From Planctomycetota bacterium (GTDB taxonomy: Bacteria > Planctomycetota > Planctomycetia > Pirellulales > UBA1268): DNA of 64,000 nt. Location of the stretch: NCBI GenBank assembly GCA_031403195.1, contig JANNSZ010000061.1, positions 1,653 through 65,652 on the forward strand, given 5' to 3'. Below, piece by piece: positions 28,003 to 38,464 of this stretch (positions are counted from its first letter, which is position 1; each line of letters begins with the position of its first letter). The notes beneath the pieces are model-generated. The model worked only from the letters and a program-made list of their open reading frames with translations. It was not told the origin of the DNA and ran no database searches. The position numbers were made by a program, and so were the translations under genes.

Positions 28003-28988
28003 TCCACTACCTCCTGCGTCGGCTGGCGCTGGGGCTGGTGACGCTCGTGCTGATTTCGTTTCTGGTCTATGGCCTCATCCGGGCGATCCCCGGAACGCCA
28101 CTGACGGTCGAGGCTGGCGAAACCGACATCAGCCGCAAGCTCAGCCTGGAGAATGAGGCGAAGCGGAAGGCCGCCTACGGACTCGACAAGCCCTGGTACC
28201 AGGCCTACTTCATTTGGCTTTCGCATGTGATGCAGGGCGACCTCGGCAGGAGTGTTCCCAAACGAGCGCCGGTGGCCCAACTCATCGGCGACCGCATCGG
28301 GCCAACGCTCGCCCTCTCCGGAAGTAGCCTGCTGTTGACCTGGGCGATCGCCGTCCCACTCGGCCTCTACACCGCAGCCCGCAGTGGCACACCCGATGAG
28401 CGGGCCACGAGCCTCGTGCTCTACATGCTTTATTCGGTGCCCACGTTCGTGGCCGCCTTGGCGCTCCAGGTGATGTTCTCGATCTGGGCTGCCGGCACGG
28501 CCTGGGAGCTGCCGCTCTTCGGCATGACCAGCGGCACACCAGACATGACCACCGCGGCCTGGCTTGGGGACGTGGGAAGCCATGCGATTCTGCCGCTGGT
28601 CTGCATGACCTACGTGAGCCTCGCCTGGTACTCCCGGTTCATCAGCACGAACCTCCAGGAAGTCCTTCGTCAGGACTACATCCGTACCGCGCGGGCCAAG
28701 GGAGCGGGGCCCATCCGCGTGCTCGTGTCACACGCCTTCCGCAACACCCTCATCCCGCTGGTCACCCTGCTTGGACTCTCGCTGCCGGCGCTCCTCGGAG
28801 GCTCGGTGATCGTTGAGCAGATCTTCACGTGGCCCGGTATGGGACGGCTGTTCTTTGAGAGTATTCGGCAGCGTGACTACGAAACGATCATGGGCCTGAC
28901 GCTCATGTTCAGCGTCCTCACGCTCGCAGGCCAACTCCTCGCCGACATCCTCTATGCGTGGGTCGATCCCCGGGTGAGCCTGGACTGA
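27999..28988 (+). CDS. ABC transporter permease (DppB/OppB-like)
   Basis: MIHYLLRRLALGLVTLVLISFLVYGLIRAIPG is the canonical N-terminus. It has an EAA-like loop (DYIRTARAKGAG). ATG overlaps the SBP stop (ATGA). Confidence 0.9.
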   Translation: MIHYLLRRLALGLVTLVLISFLVYGLIRAIPGTPLTVEAGETDISRKLSLENEAKRKAAYGLDKPWYQAYFIWLSHVMQGDLGRSVPKRAPVAQLIGDRIGPTLALSGSSLLLTWAIAVPLGLYTAARSGTPDERATSLVLYMLYSVPTFVAALALQVMFSIWAAGTAWELPLFGMTSGTPDMTTAAWLGDVGSHAILPLVCMTYVSLAWYSRFISTNLQEVLRQDYIRTARAKGAGPIRVLVSHAFRNTLIPLVTLLGLSLPALLGGSVIVEQIFTWPGMGRLFFESIRQRDYETIMGLTLMFSVLTLAGQLLADILYAWVDPRVSLD

Positions 28989-30088
28989 TGAAGCCGGATC
29001 ACACGCCTGGCCCGCTTGCTTCCGAAAAGCCTCCTCGCGGGTTCTGGGCCGAGGCCTGGAGTCGCTTTCGGCGGATGCCGCTGGCAATGGCAGGGCTCGT
29101 GTTTGTCTGTTTCCTCGGGGTCGTCGCCGTGTTCGCGCCGGTGATTGCCGGCACGAAGCCAGTCGCCTGCCGCTACAAGGGATCGATCTATTTTCCATGC
29201 CTGGCCTACTACAACCGCGCCTGGGAACCGGTCGTTTTCACCACTGACAAGTTTCGTGGCGAATACCCACGAAACCTCAAAGAGAAAGACCCGGTGAGCT
29301 GGGCCATCTGGCCACTGGTGTTTCAGGATCCCTATCGGACCGTCCGCGCGGATGAGTGGCCCGGCCTGCCGGCAAACCCGGCCCGCGACAGGGGGCGACC
29401 TGATGCGCGGAACCTCTTTGGCACAAACCAGGCTGGCGTCGATGTCTTCGCGAAGATGGTCCACGGCACACTCGTGGCGCTCCTGGTGGGCTTTGTGTCG
29501 ATGGGGATTGCGGGCCTGATCGGCATCGTCGTCGGAGCACTCGCCGGCTACTTTGGCGGCGTGGTGGACATGGTCATCAGCCGCGTCACCGAAGTTGTGA
29601 TGTGTGTCCCCACACTCATTCTGATTCTGGCACTGCTGGCTGTCGTCGAAAAACCGACGATCTGGAAGATGATGGCCGTCCTCGGCCTCACCGGCTGGAC
29701 GAGCATCTCGCGACTCATGCGGGCGGAGTTTCTCCGGCTCAAGTCGTCGGAATTCGTGACCGCCGCGCGGGCCCTCGGAGCGGGTCATTCTCGAATCATC
29801 TTCCGCCATGTCCTGCCGAATGCGCTCGCGCCGGTGATGGTGCCAATCACGTTCGGGATCGCCGCGGCGATCCTTACCGAAAGCGGACTTTCCTACCTGG
29901 GCTTCGGCCAGCCGCCACCCGCGGCAAGTTGGGGCTCACTGCTCAACGACGCCCGCTCAAACCTCACGATGTGGTGGCTCGTGCTCTACCCGGGTACCGC
30001 CATCTTCTTGGCCGTGCTCGCCTTCAACCTCATTGGCGAAGGGCTCCAAAAAGCCACCGACCCGCGGCTCCGCGAGGCCCGGAAGTGA
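28988..30088 (+). CDS. ABC transporter permease (DppC/OppC-like)
   Basis: GTNQAGVDVFAKMVHG, EFVTAARALGAG and a BPD_transp_1-type core. Start MKPDHTPG overlaps the upstream stop (TGATG). Confidence 0.9.
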   Translation: MKPDHTPGPLASEKPPRGFWAEAWSRFRRMPLAMAGLVFVCFLGVVAVFAPVIAGTKPVACRYKGSIYFPCLAYYNRAWEPVVFTTDKFRGEYPRNLKEKDPVSWAIWPLVFQDPYRTVRADEWPGLPANPARDRGRPDARNLFGTNQAGVDVFAKMVHGTLVALLVGFVSMGIAGLIGIVVGALAGYFGGVVDMVISRVTEVVMCVPTLILILALLAVVEKPTIWKMMAVLGLTGWTSISRLMRAEFLRLKSSEFVTAARALGAGHSRIIFRHVLPNALAPVMVPITFGIAAAILTESGLSYLGFGQPPPAASWGSLLNDARSNLTMWWLVLYPGTAIFLAVLAFNLIGEGLQKATDPRLREARK

Positions 30089-31146
30089 ACCAGCCTGCCA
30101 CACCTTTGCTTGCCATCCACGACCTGGTCACGGCGTTTCACACACCGGCCGGCAGAGTACCGGCGGTGGATGGAGTCTCGCTCGAGCTGCATCGGGGCCG
30201 CGCGCTGGGCCTCGTCGGCGAGAGCGGCTGCGGCAAGAGCGTGACGGCGATGAGCGTCCTCGGACTCGTGGCCTCGCCCGGTCGCATTGAGACTGGAAAG
30301 ATCCTGCTCGAAATCGACGGCCAGCCGATCGACCTGGTTGGCCTTGGCGACCGCCGGCTGCGGCGGATCCGTGGCGGGCGAGTGGGGATGATTTTTCAAG
30401 AGCCGATGACGAGCCTCAATCCGGTCTTCACGATCGGTAGCCAGATCGCCGAGGCAGTGCGGCTCCACCGAAAGGTCACGCGGGCGGCAGCCCGTGCGCG
30501 GGCCCTCGAGCTCTTGACGCTCGTGAAGATCGCCGACCCCGAGCGACGCCTTGACGAGTATCCTCACCAGCTCTCCGGCGGCATGCGGCAGCGGGCGATG
30601 ATCGCCATGGCGCTGGCCTGCGAGCCCGACCTCCTGATTGCTGATGAGCCCACCACGGCACTCGATGTCACGATTCAGGCGCAGATCCTGGAGTTGCTCG
30701 CCGACCTGCGCACACGGCTAGGCATGGCAATCCTGCTCATCACCCATGATCTCGGCGTCGTCGCCGAGACCTGTGACGAGGTGGCGGTGATGTATGCCGG
30801 GAAAATCGTGGAACGCGCCCCGGCGGCCTCGCTCTTTGCGCAGCCGCTGCATCCCTACACGATCGGCCTCCTGGCCGCACGGCCCGAGTACCAAAACCAG
30901 CGTGGCTCACACGCCGCCGGTGGCTCACGCGGGTCTCCGAAACCGCTCGCGGCGATTCCTGGCATGGTGCCGTCGCCAGCCAATTTTCCGGCGGGCTGCC
31001 GGTTTCATCCCCGCTGCCCGTTTGCCCGCGAGCCCCACTGCGCAGCCGAAATGCCGGCGCTTCGCGAGTATTCGGCCAGCCACCTCGTCCGCTGCCACTA
31101 CGCCGGTGAGCTTGGTACACCTCGCCCCGAGGCCACCCCAGGATGA
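30085..31146 (+). CDS. ABC transporter ATP-binding protein (DppD/OppD-like)
   Basis: Walker A GESGCGKS, signature LSGGMRQR, Walker [13 protein letters not shown], and a C-terminal oligopeptide-type extension (CRFHPRCP). GTG 30085 overlaps the upstream stop. Confidence 0.9.
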   Translation: MNQPATPLLAIHDLVTAFHTPAGRVPAVDGVSLELHRGRALGLVGESGCGKSVTAMSVLGLVASPGRIETGKILLEIDGQPIDLVGLGDRRLRRIRGGRVGMIFQEPMTSLNPVFTIGSQIAEAVRLHRKVTRAAARARALELLTLVKIADPERRLDEYPHQLSGGMRQRAMIAMALACEPDLLIADEPTTALDVTIQAQILELLADLRTRLGMAILLITHDLGVVAETCDEVAVMYAGKIVERAPAASLFAQPLHPYTIGLLAARPEYQNQRGSHAAGGSRGSPKPLAAIPGMVPSPANFPAGCRFHPRCPFAREPHCAAEMPALREYSASHLVRCHYAGELGTPRPEATPG

Positions 31147-32189
31147 GCGAGTCACCGGAACCACTCCTGGCTGTCGGGGGCCTGGCAACCCATTTTCCGA
31201 TTCGACGGGGAATCCTGCGCCGCACGGTTGGCGCGGTGCGGGCGGTGGACGGCGTGTCGTTCACGATTGATCGCGGTCGCACGCTCGGGCTCGTCGGCGA
31301 AAGCGGCTGCGGCAAGACAACCGTGGGCCGCAGCATCCTGCGACTCATCGAACCCACGGCCGGCTCGCTGCACTTCGCCGGCCATGACGTGCGGACGCTC
31401 TCCCCGGCGGCCCTTCGGCCGCTCCGACGGCAGATGCAGATCGTCTTCCAGGATCCCTATGGCTCGCTCAATCCGCGAATGACGGTGCGGGCGATCCTCG
31501 AGGAAGGCCTCCTCATCCACGCGCTCGGTGATCGCACGGAACGTTTGCGACGGATGGCCTCGGCCCTCGAGCGGACAGGCATGCCGGCCGCGGCGCTCGC
31601 CCGCTACCCGCACGAGTTTTCCGGCGGCCAGCGGCAGCGGATTGCGATCGCGAGGGCGCTCGTCTTGGAGCCCGAGTTTCTGGTGCTCGACGAGCCCATT
31701 TCCGCGCTCGATGTTTCGATTCAGGCGCAGGTCGTGAATCTCTTGGTCGAGCTGCGACGAGATCTGGGCCTCACCTACCTGTTCATCTCGCACGACCTCT
31801 CGGTTGTCGAATACCTCTCCGACGATGTCGCGGTCATGTACCTCGGCCGGCTCGTCGAGAAGGCTCCGGCCGCGGCGGTCTACGCGGCCCCGCTCCATCC
31901 CTATACCCACGCGCTCTTTTCCGCCGTGCCGAGCGTCGATCCTGCCCGTCGCCGTGGACGGATCATCTTGCCCGGTGACGTGCCGAGCCCCGCCAACCCT
32001 CCTCCCGGCTGCCACTTTCACCCCCGCTGTCCACTGGCTGAATCGGTCTGCCGAAGCGTGGATCCCCCAGCGACGACCGCTGGGGACCATCTCGTGCACT
32101 GCCACGTCGCGGCTCGCGAACTGGCCACGGGTAACGCGTCTACGGCGGCACAGCGGATCGCGTTGGCGCTGGCCAACACGACCGTGTGA
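31143..32189 (+). CDS. ABC transporter ATP-binding protein (DppF/OppF-like)
   Basis: Walker [36 protein letters not shown] and [12 protein letters not shown] overlap with the upstream gene. Confidence 0.92.
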   Translation: MSESPEPLLAVGGLATHFPIRRGILRRTVGAVRAVDGVSFTIDRGRTLGLVGESGCGKTTVGRSILRLIEPTAGSLHFAGHDVRTLSPAALRPLRRQMQIVFQDPYGSLNPRMTVRAILEEGLLIHALGDRTERLRRMASALERTGMPAAALARYPHEFSGGQRQRIAIARALVLEPEFLVLDEPISALDVSIQAQVVNLLVELRRDLGLTYLFISHDLSVVEYLSDDVAVMYLGRLVEKAPAAAVYAAPLHPYTHALFSAVPSVDPARRRGRIILPGDVPSPANPPPGCHFHPRCPLAESVCRSVDPPATTAGDHLVHCHVAARELATGNASTAAQRIALALANTTV

Positions 32190-32273
32190 GTTGGTGGCAA
32201 TGCGATAGCCGCGTGGAGTAGAATTGCCTGCGCTCATGGTGTCGGTAGCAGCACACTTCGAGGGACCATTGGT

Positions 32274-33137
32274 ATGCGTCGGATCATCGCCATGGCGTGT
32301 GTCTTCGTGGCGACGACTGTGTCTGCCCAGGACACTCCACCGAGCCGCGGCGGTGGGAGTGCGGCCGTACCCACAGCCGGCCTGTCGCGGGAGGAGCTTG
32401 TACGAAGCTGGGACCTCGATCGTGACGGCACGCTCAGCACGTCGGAGGCAGAGGTAGCCCGCGCGCGGATGAAGCGGGAGCGGCTCGAGACTCAGCTCGG
32501 AGCCGGCCTGGATCCCATCACCGGGCGTCCGCGGGGCGAGGGCTCCGAGTCCGCCGACCGCGATGCTGATTCTCCGTACCAACTTCCTCCCGAGTTGCCC
32601 CCTGTCACGCAACCGCCAGGAAGTACGACGACACCGGGAATCTCACAGCCGAAGGTGCGCCCAAAAACAATGGCCGAGCTTGCGGCGCCGATCATGGCGG
32701 CTCCCACCGTGCCGGGCCTTCCGAATGCCCCGATGACCACGCCCTCAGGATCATCGACCCCGATCACCGCCGAGCGATCGAGCAGGGCGTCATGGCTGCC
32801 GCCAACATCCAAGGGCAACACGGGCGCGGGAGGACCGCGGGCTGGCGCGCCGCCAGCGGTGCCAGGCTATGGCGCGGGCTCCTGGTCAGACCTCAACGCC
32901 GGCCGTCCGCTGCCCAGCACACGCACGACACACCCGGCGACCGCCGCGGACGGCCGCACGGGTGTGACGGGTGGTGGACTCCTTCCGAGCTCCCGTGCGG
33001 CCGGTCGGACTGGCGCCCTCCTGCTTCCTGGACAAACCGTGCCGAAACTCGCGCCGCTCGTACCCACCACACCGCCGCGGCCTCGGGCAACGCTCCCACG
33101 GATCACGGCCGAAGACATCGGCGGCTACCGTCCGTGA
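32274..33137 (+). CDS. secreted P/T/G-rich protein with one canonical EF-hand loop
   Basis: Signal peptide MRRIIAMACVFVATTVSAQ. DLDRDGTLSTSE fits the 12-residue EF-hand loop (D1, D3, D5, G6, L8, E12). The rest is low complexity. Confidence 0.6.
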   Translation: MRRIIAMACVFVATTVSAQDTPPSRGGGSAAVPTAGLSREELVRSWDLDRDGTLSTSEAEVARARMKRERLETQLGAGLDPITGRPRGEGSESADRDADSPYQLPPELPPVTQPPGSTTTPGISQPKVRPKTMAELAAPIMAAPTVPGLPNAPMTTPSGSSTPITAERSSRASWLPPTSKGNTGAGGPRAGAPPAVPGYGAGSWSDLNAGRPLPSTRTTHPATAADGRTGVTGGGLLPSSRAAGRTGALLLPGQTVPKLAPLVPTTPPRPRATLPRITAEDIGGYRP

Positions 33138-33439
33138 ACGGTCCATTCGGCGAGACGCTTCCGGCCGGACCGATCCTCGTCGTGGCCGACAACGAAGCCA
33201 TCACCCGCGGAGGACCGGCCTGGGCCCCAGCGTTCGCCGCCGCTGGTCGCGTGTACCGCGTGCGACTTGCTGGGCCATCGAGCCCACACGCCATCGCAGC
33301 CGAAGCCCGAAGCCTTGGGGCTATCGCCATCGTCTGGGCCGGCGGTCCAGACGTCTGTGACCTAGCCACACTCGCCGCTGCTGACCTCGCCATTGCGGTA
33401 TTCAACGAAGAGATCCTGCACCATGCACGCCTGTCGTAA
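33134..33439 (+). CDS. small hypothetical protein (weak call)
   Basis: A GTG overlapping the upstream stop (GTGA) opens 101 codons (VNGPFGETLPAGPILVVADNEAITRGG...). No family recognised. It could be a non-coding spacer. Confidence 0.3.
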   Translation: MNGPFGETLPAGPILVVADNEAITRGGPAWAPAFAAAGRVYRVRLAGPSSPHAIAAEARSLGAIAIVWAGGPDVCDLATLAAADLAIAVFNEEILHHARLS

Positions 33440-36032
33440 CCCACCAACAGTTTCCGACTATCGAAGCACCCCGAGCCGCAGCGTGTTCTCGTGCGCTCTC
33501 CTGCTGCTGGTGGCGCGACCGCTGCAACTCTTCGCTGAAGACATCGCCTTCGTGCCGACGCTCGACGGAGGCACGACGGTCTTCGTGGGGCCGGGTGTTG
33601 CCGATGATTTTGACGTGGCCCGCCGAGCGATCGACGCGGCCCACACCGCGAGCGGCCGCAGGTATCGGGCCGTCGTCGTGAAGTCTTCCGGGATGACCGG
33701 TGGCGCGCCCGACATCCTCCCTCCCATCGTGGACCACTGGTGGGAGGCCCGCGACCCTGCCATGTTCAACCCCTCAGCGGACGTGACGATTGTCATCGAC
33801 CTGGGGGATCGCTCAGTGGCGATGGACATCCCGCCGTCGCTGCTCTCCAAAGCCGGCCTCGACCTGCGGGCGCTCGAGCGAGGCGTCATCACGTCGGTCT
33901 TTGTCCCCCGAGCCAAAGATATGCGGTACGCCGAAGGGCTCGCCGAGATGGTCGCCGCGACTGACCAGGCCATCACCGCCGGCATCACGGATCAGGCCCG
34001 TCAGGCCGAAGACTCGAGAATCTTTCGCACCCGCACGCTCCCGAATGCTGCGGCCGCGCTCGTGGCGGCGGGGATCGCCACGGCGTGTGCGGTGCAGCGG
34101 TGGCGGCATAGCGCGCGGAGGGCCAAGGCCACCGCCGCACTCGCCGCGTTCAAGCGGGATGTCGTGGCTCTCTCCGACGTACTCGACGGGTCTCAAGAGA
34201 GGCACCGGATGCTGCCGCATACCGATCCTGATTTTCTCACGCCCATGCGAGGCATGACCCGCGACACCTACGATGCCGTGCAGGATGCGATCCGGCGCTC
34301 CCGCGAGCGATGGCTCGCGCTCATGGAGGTGTGGGACAAGGCTCAGGAACGACTCGCATCTGAATGGTTCCTGGGCACTGCGGCCAACGACGATGTGCTC
34401 ACGATGCTGGGCCGGGCCGAGGCCAGGCCTCCCCTCGATGAAGTCGCCGCCGACTGTCGCGGGCCGCTCGACGCGCTCGAAACGGCCCATGAGCGAGCCC
34501 GTGAATTGGCCACCTCTCTCAAGGCAGACCTGGCTCAGTCACGGGCGCGGCTCGAAGCCCTGGCTCGGCGGGGCCGGTCTGCTGCGGCCTTCGAGCCGGT
34601 GGTCGCCGAAGCGGCGCGGGCAGCCGCGCTTGCGGATGAGGACATCGAGCCTGATCCAATCGCCGCCCGGGGCCGGCTCGAGGCCGCCCGCGGCACCCTG
34701 GCGGAGCTTGTCACCAGGCTTGATGGTGTCGAAGCTGCCGACGATCGTCGGCAGCACCTGATGCAGCGGCAGGACGAAGTCCGTGGCCGTGCCGCAGCCC
34801 GCCGGGCCGAGGGCTGGCTCCTCGCGGAGCCCGGCGCGAACCCGGATGCGCACTTCGAGAAGGCCGCCTCGGAGTCCGACCTCGCTGCGCGTCTGCTCGA
34901 TGCAGCCGATATCGAGACCGCAACCGTGCACCTGCGGCTCGCCGAAGAGGCGCTCGCAGACGCAGCGACGCTCCTCGAGAACGTGGCCGCCGCCCGCGAC
35001 CGTACCGAGCAGCTCATGCCGCTGGTCGCCACGCGGCTCGACGCGTTTGCAACCGCGAGACTCCAGGCCGAGACGGACCTGCGGCATATGCAACAGACGT
35101 ACTCCGACCCCGCCTGGGGAGACGTCGCCGACAACATCACGAAGGCCCATGAAGGACTCGAGCGATCGCGACAGCTCATCACCACAGGCCATGCCGCGGC
35201 CGATCCGGCCACGCAGCATTTTTTCCGCGCGGTCGCAGCGCTTGAAGAGGCCGAACGGCAGGCCGCGTGGGCCGACTCGCTCGCCGCGGCGCTCGCGGCA
35301 CGACGGCGTGAGCTGGACTGCCTTGCCGAGGCATTGCCGTCGCGGCTGGCGGCGAGTCGTGCCGAAACGGCGACCCTGGCACGATCCCTCGACCGGCAGC
35401 GGACTGACCGGGCGAGAGCCAACGAGCGCTGCCGTGAAGCCGAGCGGCTCGTGGAGGTGGCCGGTGATCTTCTGCGATCGTCACGGTCTGACCCACGGCA
35501 GATTGACCGAGTCGTTGACGCGATCGACATGGCAGTGGCCAGGGGCAACGAGCTGGCCGCGGAGGACGAGCAGCTCGCCCGCCAGAGTAAAACCGATATC
35601 GACGAGGCCGACGCCGCGATCCGCAGGGCCGCAGCCTGGTATGCCGAGGGCATGCGGGCCGATCTCCGTGCCGCCCAAGCCGCCATTGATTCGGCCCGGA
35701 GGTTCCTCGCCCAACAACGGTACGAAGACGCCGTCCACGCCGCGGCCGACGCCTCGCAGCAGGCGCGCCTCGCCTATGCAAACGCGACTGCTGAAGCAGG
35801 CCGGCGGCGTCAGCGGCGCGAGTCCGATGACCGTGTCCGCCAGATGGAGGAATCATTTTCACGCATGGCCAAGGGGGCGGGGCCCTGGGTGATCAACCTC
35901 CCGACGGGATCACTCACTGGACCCAGCCCATGGACATCGAGCGGGTCAAGCTCCCAAGGATCAAGCCGCACGACGGAAAGTCGATCGACGGGCAGCGATT
36001 GGAACCGCGACATCGCCGCCGGCCGCTGGTGA
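33423..36032 (+). CDS. TPM-domain-like membrane protein with a roughly 600-aa Ala/Arg/Glu-rich coiled-coil extension
   Basis: After a signal/anchor segment, residues about 40-200 (YRAVVVKSSG..., DVTIVIDLGDRSVAMDIPPSL..., FVPRAKDMRYAEGL) resemble TPM (TLP18.3/Psb32-type) domains. A TM segment follows (LPNAAAALVAAGIATACAV), then a long helical low-complexity region and a Ser/Gly-rich tail. Confidence 0.6.
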   Translation: MHACRNPPTVSDYRSTPSRSVFSCALLLLVARPLQLFAEDIAFVPTLDGGTTVFVGPGVADDFDVARRAIDAAHTASGRRYRAVVVKSSGMTGGAPDILPPIVDHWWEARDPAMFNPSADVTIVIDLGDRSVAMDIPPSLLSKAGLDLRALERGVITSVFVPRAKDMRYAEGLAEMVAATDQAITAGITDQARQAEDSRIFRTRTLPNAAAALVAAGIATACAVQRWRHSARRAKATAALAAFKRDVVALSDVLDGSQERHRMLPHTDPDFLTPMRGMTRDTYDAVQDAIRRSRERWLALMEVWDKAQERLASEWFLGTAANDDVLTMLGRAEARPPLDEVAADCRGPLDALETAHERARELATSLKADLAQSRARLEALARRGRSAAAFEPVVAEAARAAALADEDIEPDPIAARGRLEAARGTLAELVTRLDGVEAADDRRQHLMQRQDEVRGRAAARRAEGWLLAEPGANPDAHFEKAASESDLAARLLDAADIETATVHLRLAEEALADAATLLENVAAARDRTEQLMPLVATRLDAFATARLQAETDLRHMQQTYSDPAWGDVADNITKAHEGLERSRQLITTGHAAADPATQHFFRAVAALEEAERQAAWADSLAAALAARRRELDCLAEALPSRLAASRAETATLARSLDRQRTDRARANERCREAERLVEVAGDLLRSSRSDPRQIDRVVDAIDMAVARGNELAAEDEQLARQSKTDIDEADAAIRRAAAWYAEGMRADLRAAQAAIDSARRFLAQQRYEDAVHAAADASQQARLAYANATAEAGRRRQRRESDDRVRQMEESFSRMAKGAGPWVINLPTGSLTGPSPWTSSGSSSQGSSRTTESRSTGSDWNRDIAAGRW

Positions 36033-36040
36033 ATGTGAGC

Positions 36041-36949
36041 CTACCGTAGCTCGACGGCAGGCAGGTCGAGGTGCCCGACCCGCTCAGGGGCGCGGCCCTG
36101 CGGAGCCGGCTGGGGCTGTGGCACGGCCTGCGTCTGTGGGGGCACGTGGGTCTGCGGCGCGACGGCTCCTGCGAGCTGGCCTTGGCTGGGCGGCGGTGAT
36201 TCGAGCGCCTGCACCATTTCCACCGCGCGGCTGCGGACGCCGGCGGGAACTCGGTTCAGACCAGCAGGGCCATCGATGGCTCCATCAAACACGACCTGGC
36301 CCGTGAGATCGGTCACGGTGAGCCGCGTGCCATCGCCATGGGTGAGTTGGAGACGGTAATCACCGTCTTCACGGACGAGCGTCTCGGCGGCCAAGCGGCG
36401 GAGTTTCCCCGAGGGATCAGCAGGAGGCTTCGGTGGCTGCACGATCGCGAGCGACGAGGCCGTTGGGCGAAGCACGCGGGACGGAGGGGCGACGCGAGCC
36501 ACTTTGCCCGCCAGGGAAATCACGACCTCACGGCCACCACGCAGCACGGTGCATGCCAGCGGGTCACCAGGCTCAGCGCCCTCGAGCAGCGCGTCGAATT
36601 GCTCGGGCAGGACCAGAATCTGATCATCAAGCCACACAACCACATCATGCGGCTCGAAACCAGCTCGGGCGGCAGGTGAGCCACGCGAAACCGAGTCGAC
36701 GACAAGCCCGGCGCCCCGCGTGAGGGCCAGTTGGCGGCGCAGCACGGGCGACGCGCGCGAGAGCGTCATGCCAAATCCCTGGGCAGTCGACGGCGCACGG
36801 GCGGCCTCGGACACGGGCACAAGGTGTGATCGCGTGGGTGTGGCCACGTCGGCTGCAATCGTGACGACCGATGTCGCGGTGATGCCGGCCGCCACAAGGA
36901 TGGCCGCGGAGAGCTTCGTGCACGGAAAATGCGTCGAGGTCATGGTCAC
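36041..36949 (-). CDS. secreted PDZ-domain protein
   Basis: Signal-like N-terminus. GAGLVVDSVSRGSPAARAGFEPHDVVVWLDDQIL...VLRGGREVVISL is a PDZ domain. Confidence 0.72.
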   Translation of the reverse strand: MTMTSTHFPCTKLSAAILVAAGITATSVVTIAADVATPTRSHLVPVSEAARAPSTAQGFGMTLSRASPVLRRQLALTRGAGLVVDSVSRGSPAARAGFEPHDVVVWLDDQILVLPEQFDALLEGAEPGDPLACTVLRGGREVVISLAGKVARVAPPSRVLRPTASSLAIVQPPKPPADPSGKLRRLAAETLVREDGDYRLQLTHGDGTRLTVTDLTGQVVFDGAIDGPAGLNRVPAGVRSRAVEMVQALESPPPSQGQLAGAVAPQTHVPPQTQAVPQPQPAPQGRAPERVGHLDLPAVELR

Positions 36950-37281
36950 TTCCGCGATCGGCAGGTGAAGGAATGTTCGTGGAATGCGGTGAGTCCCTCA
37001 CGCAGGAAGACCGCAGATCGGGTGTGTGACGATTTTCTCTCGGCCGTGCCAGGGGACTCGGTTCGGAATTTTCCGTGACGCGGAACCTGGGTAAGGAGCG
37101 GCGTCCGCGGAAGCATGGCCGACTTCGGACCGAGGGGGGAGGGTGAAAGCCAGGGGAGGAGCACCGCCACGGCACAACCCTCCTAGTGATGGTTCGTCGG
37201 CAAGGTCGATACCCTCCGCATCGGTCAGAGGCCTGTTGGCCTCCGGCCCGCGGATGCAACGCAACGAGGGAGAACTCGGAT

Positions 37282-38337
37282 ATGTCGGCTCGCATTGTCA
37301 TCGGGTTGGGAGTGATCATCGTCGCCGGCTGGCTCGTTGTGGCCGATGCGGCGCCGGGTCGCGGCTTCTTCGGCAGCCTCACGCGTTCAAACCAGCCCTC
37401 GGGCAAGGTCGGCGGTCCGGTACCCGATCGTCCGCCGCTCGTTCCGGGCACCGGCACACTCGTCAAGAACGTGGTGGATGACTTCGAGAACGAGAAGTGG
37501 AAGTGGTACTACAACCACCCGAAGAGCTCCGAGGAGCAGGACAAGCGAATGCGCGGGCCGCTCGGCAAGAGCGCCAACGGCCGTTGGTTCGAAGGCCCCA
37601 TGCGGGGCACACCCGACGTGGTCAAGCGGGTCGAGCTTCCCGCGCCTGGCATCGAAGGCAGCAGCCACGGCCTCCTCATGGCCAGCCTCAATGCGGGCGT
37701 GCCAGGACGCGTCAGCTACAAGATGCAGCAGGACGACCTGGTCTATAACCTCGGCAAGTTTGCCGGCCGGGGCATGTCGGCCGGCGACAGCCCGAGCATC
37801 GTGGTCCGCGTGTACCTGCCGCCCTATGAGCAGTGGGAGAAGCGCACTGGGCCGAGCTTCGGATTCCGAGCTGGGTGCTTCACCCACGCGACCATCACGG
37901 GCGAAGACCATCCCGACAAAGGCAGCTACGGAGTCGAGGAGTATTGGCCGGGCATGTTCATCTGCTTCGAGAACTCGGCCGACGGCAAGTTCGAGAAGGA
38001 TGGAGCCTTCATCCGAATCCGCGGTGGCCGCAACGGCGGCGAGATCATGGGCACGCGGATCGAGCAACTCGGCTGGTGGACTCTCGGCATGTCGTTCACG
38101 CCCGACGGCGTCGTGCACTACTTCGCAAGCCCCGGGGTAGACAACCTCACGCCCGAGGATCACATGACATCGCAGTATCCGTATGCGTATCGCACGGAGT
38201 GGGTGAAGACGTTCTTCTTCAACGTCTGCACGCACGACGACAGCAAGACTTGGAGTACGCCCTGGATCGTGGACGACCCGCAGGTGTTCTTCGTGAAGCG
38301 TCAGCAGATGGCCGCCCAGCCGAAGACGAAGCGGTAA
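37282..38337 (+). CDS. secreted hypothetical protein
   Basis: ATG 37282 is preceded by GAGGGAG. N-terminus MSARIVIGLGVIIVAGWLVVADA is signal-like. The body is Trp/Tyr-rich and globular. No family recognised. Confidence 0.6.
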   Translation: MSARIVIGLGVIIVAGWLVVADAAPGRGFFGSLTRSNQPSGKVGGPVPDRPPLVPGTGTLVKNVVDDFENEKWKWYYNHPKSSEEQDKRMRGPLGKSANGRWFEGPMRGTPDVVKRVELPAPGIEGSSHGLLMASLNAGVPGRVSYKMQQDDLVYNLGKFAGRGMSAGDSPSIVVRVYLPPYEQWEKRTGPSFGFRAGCFTHATITGEDHPDKGSYGVEEYWPGMFICFENSADGKFEKDGAFIRIRGGRNGGEIMGTRIEQLGWWTLGMSFTPDGVVHYFASPGVDNLTPEDHMTSQYPYAYRTEWVKTFFFNVCTHDDSKTWSTPWIVDDPQVFFVKRQQMAAQPKTKR

Positions 38338-38344
38338 CTCCGCC

Positions 38345-38457
38345 TGGGAAAAGCCATCCATGGCCTTTTCCCACGTGGCCAAACCTGGAAAAGCCGAGGT
38401 TTTCCAGGTTTGGCGACCGCCGCTTCCTGCGGCGGCAGACTTCATTCACAGCCTGCC
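38345..38457 (+). repeat. multi-hairpin 3-prime element, family A, copy A2
   Basis: Begins 7 nt after the stop at 38337. It has the same four-hairpin layout as A1. Hairpin 2 is changed compensatorily (GCCAAACCTGGAAAA-GCCGAGG-TTTTCCAGGTTTGGC). Confidence 0.85.
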
Positions 38458-38464
38458 GCGCGCA

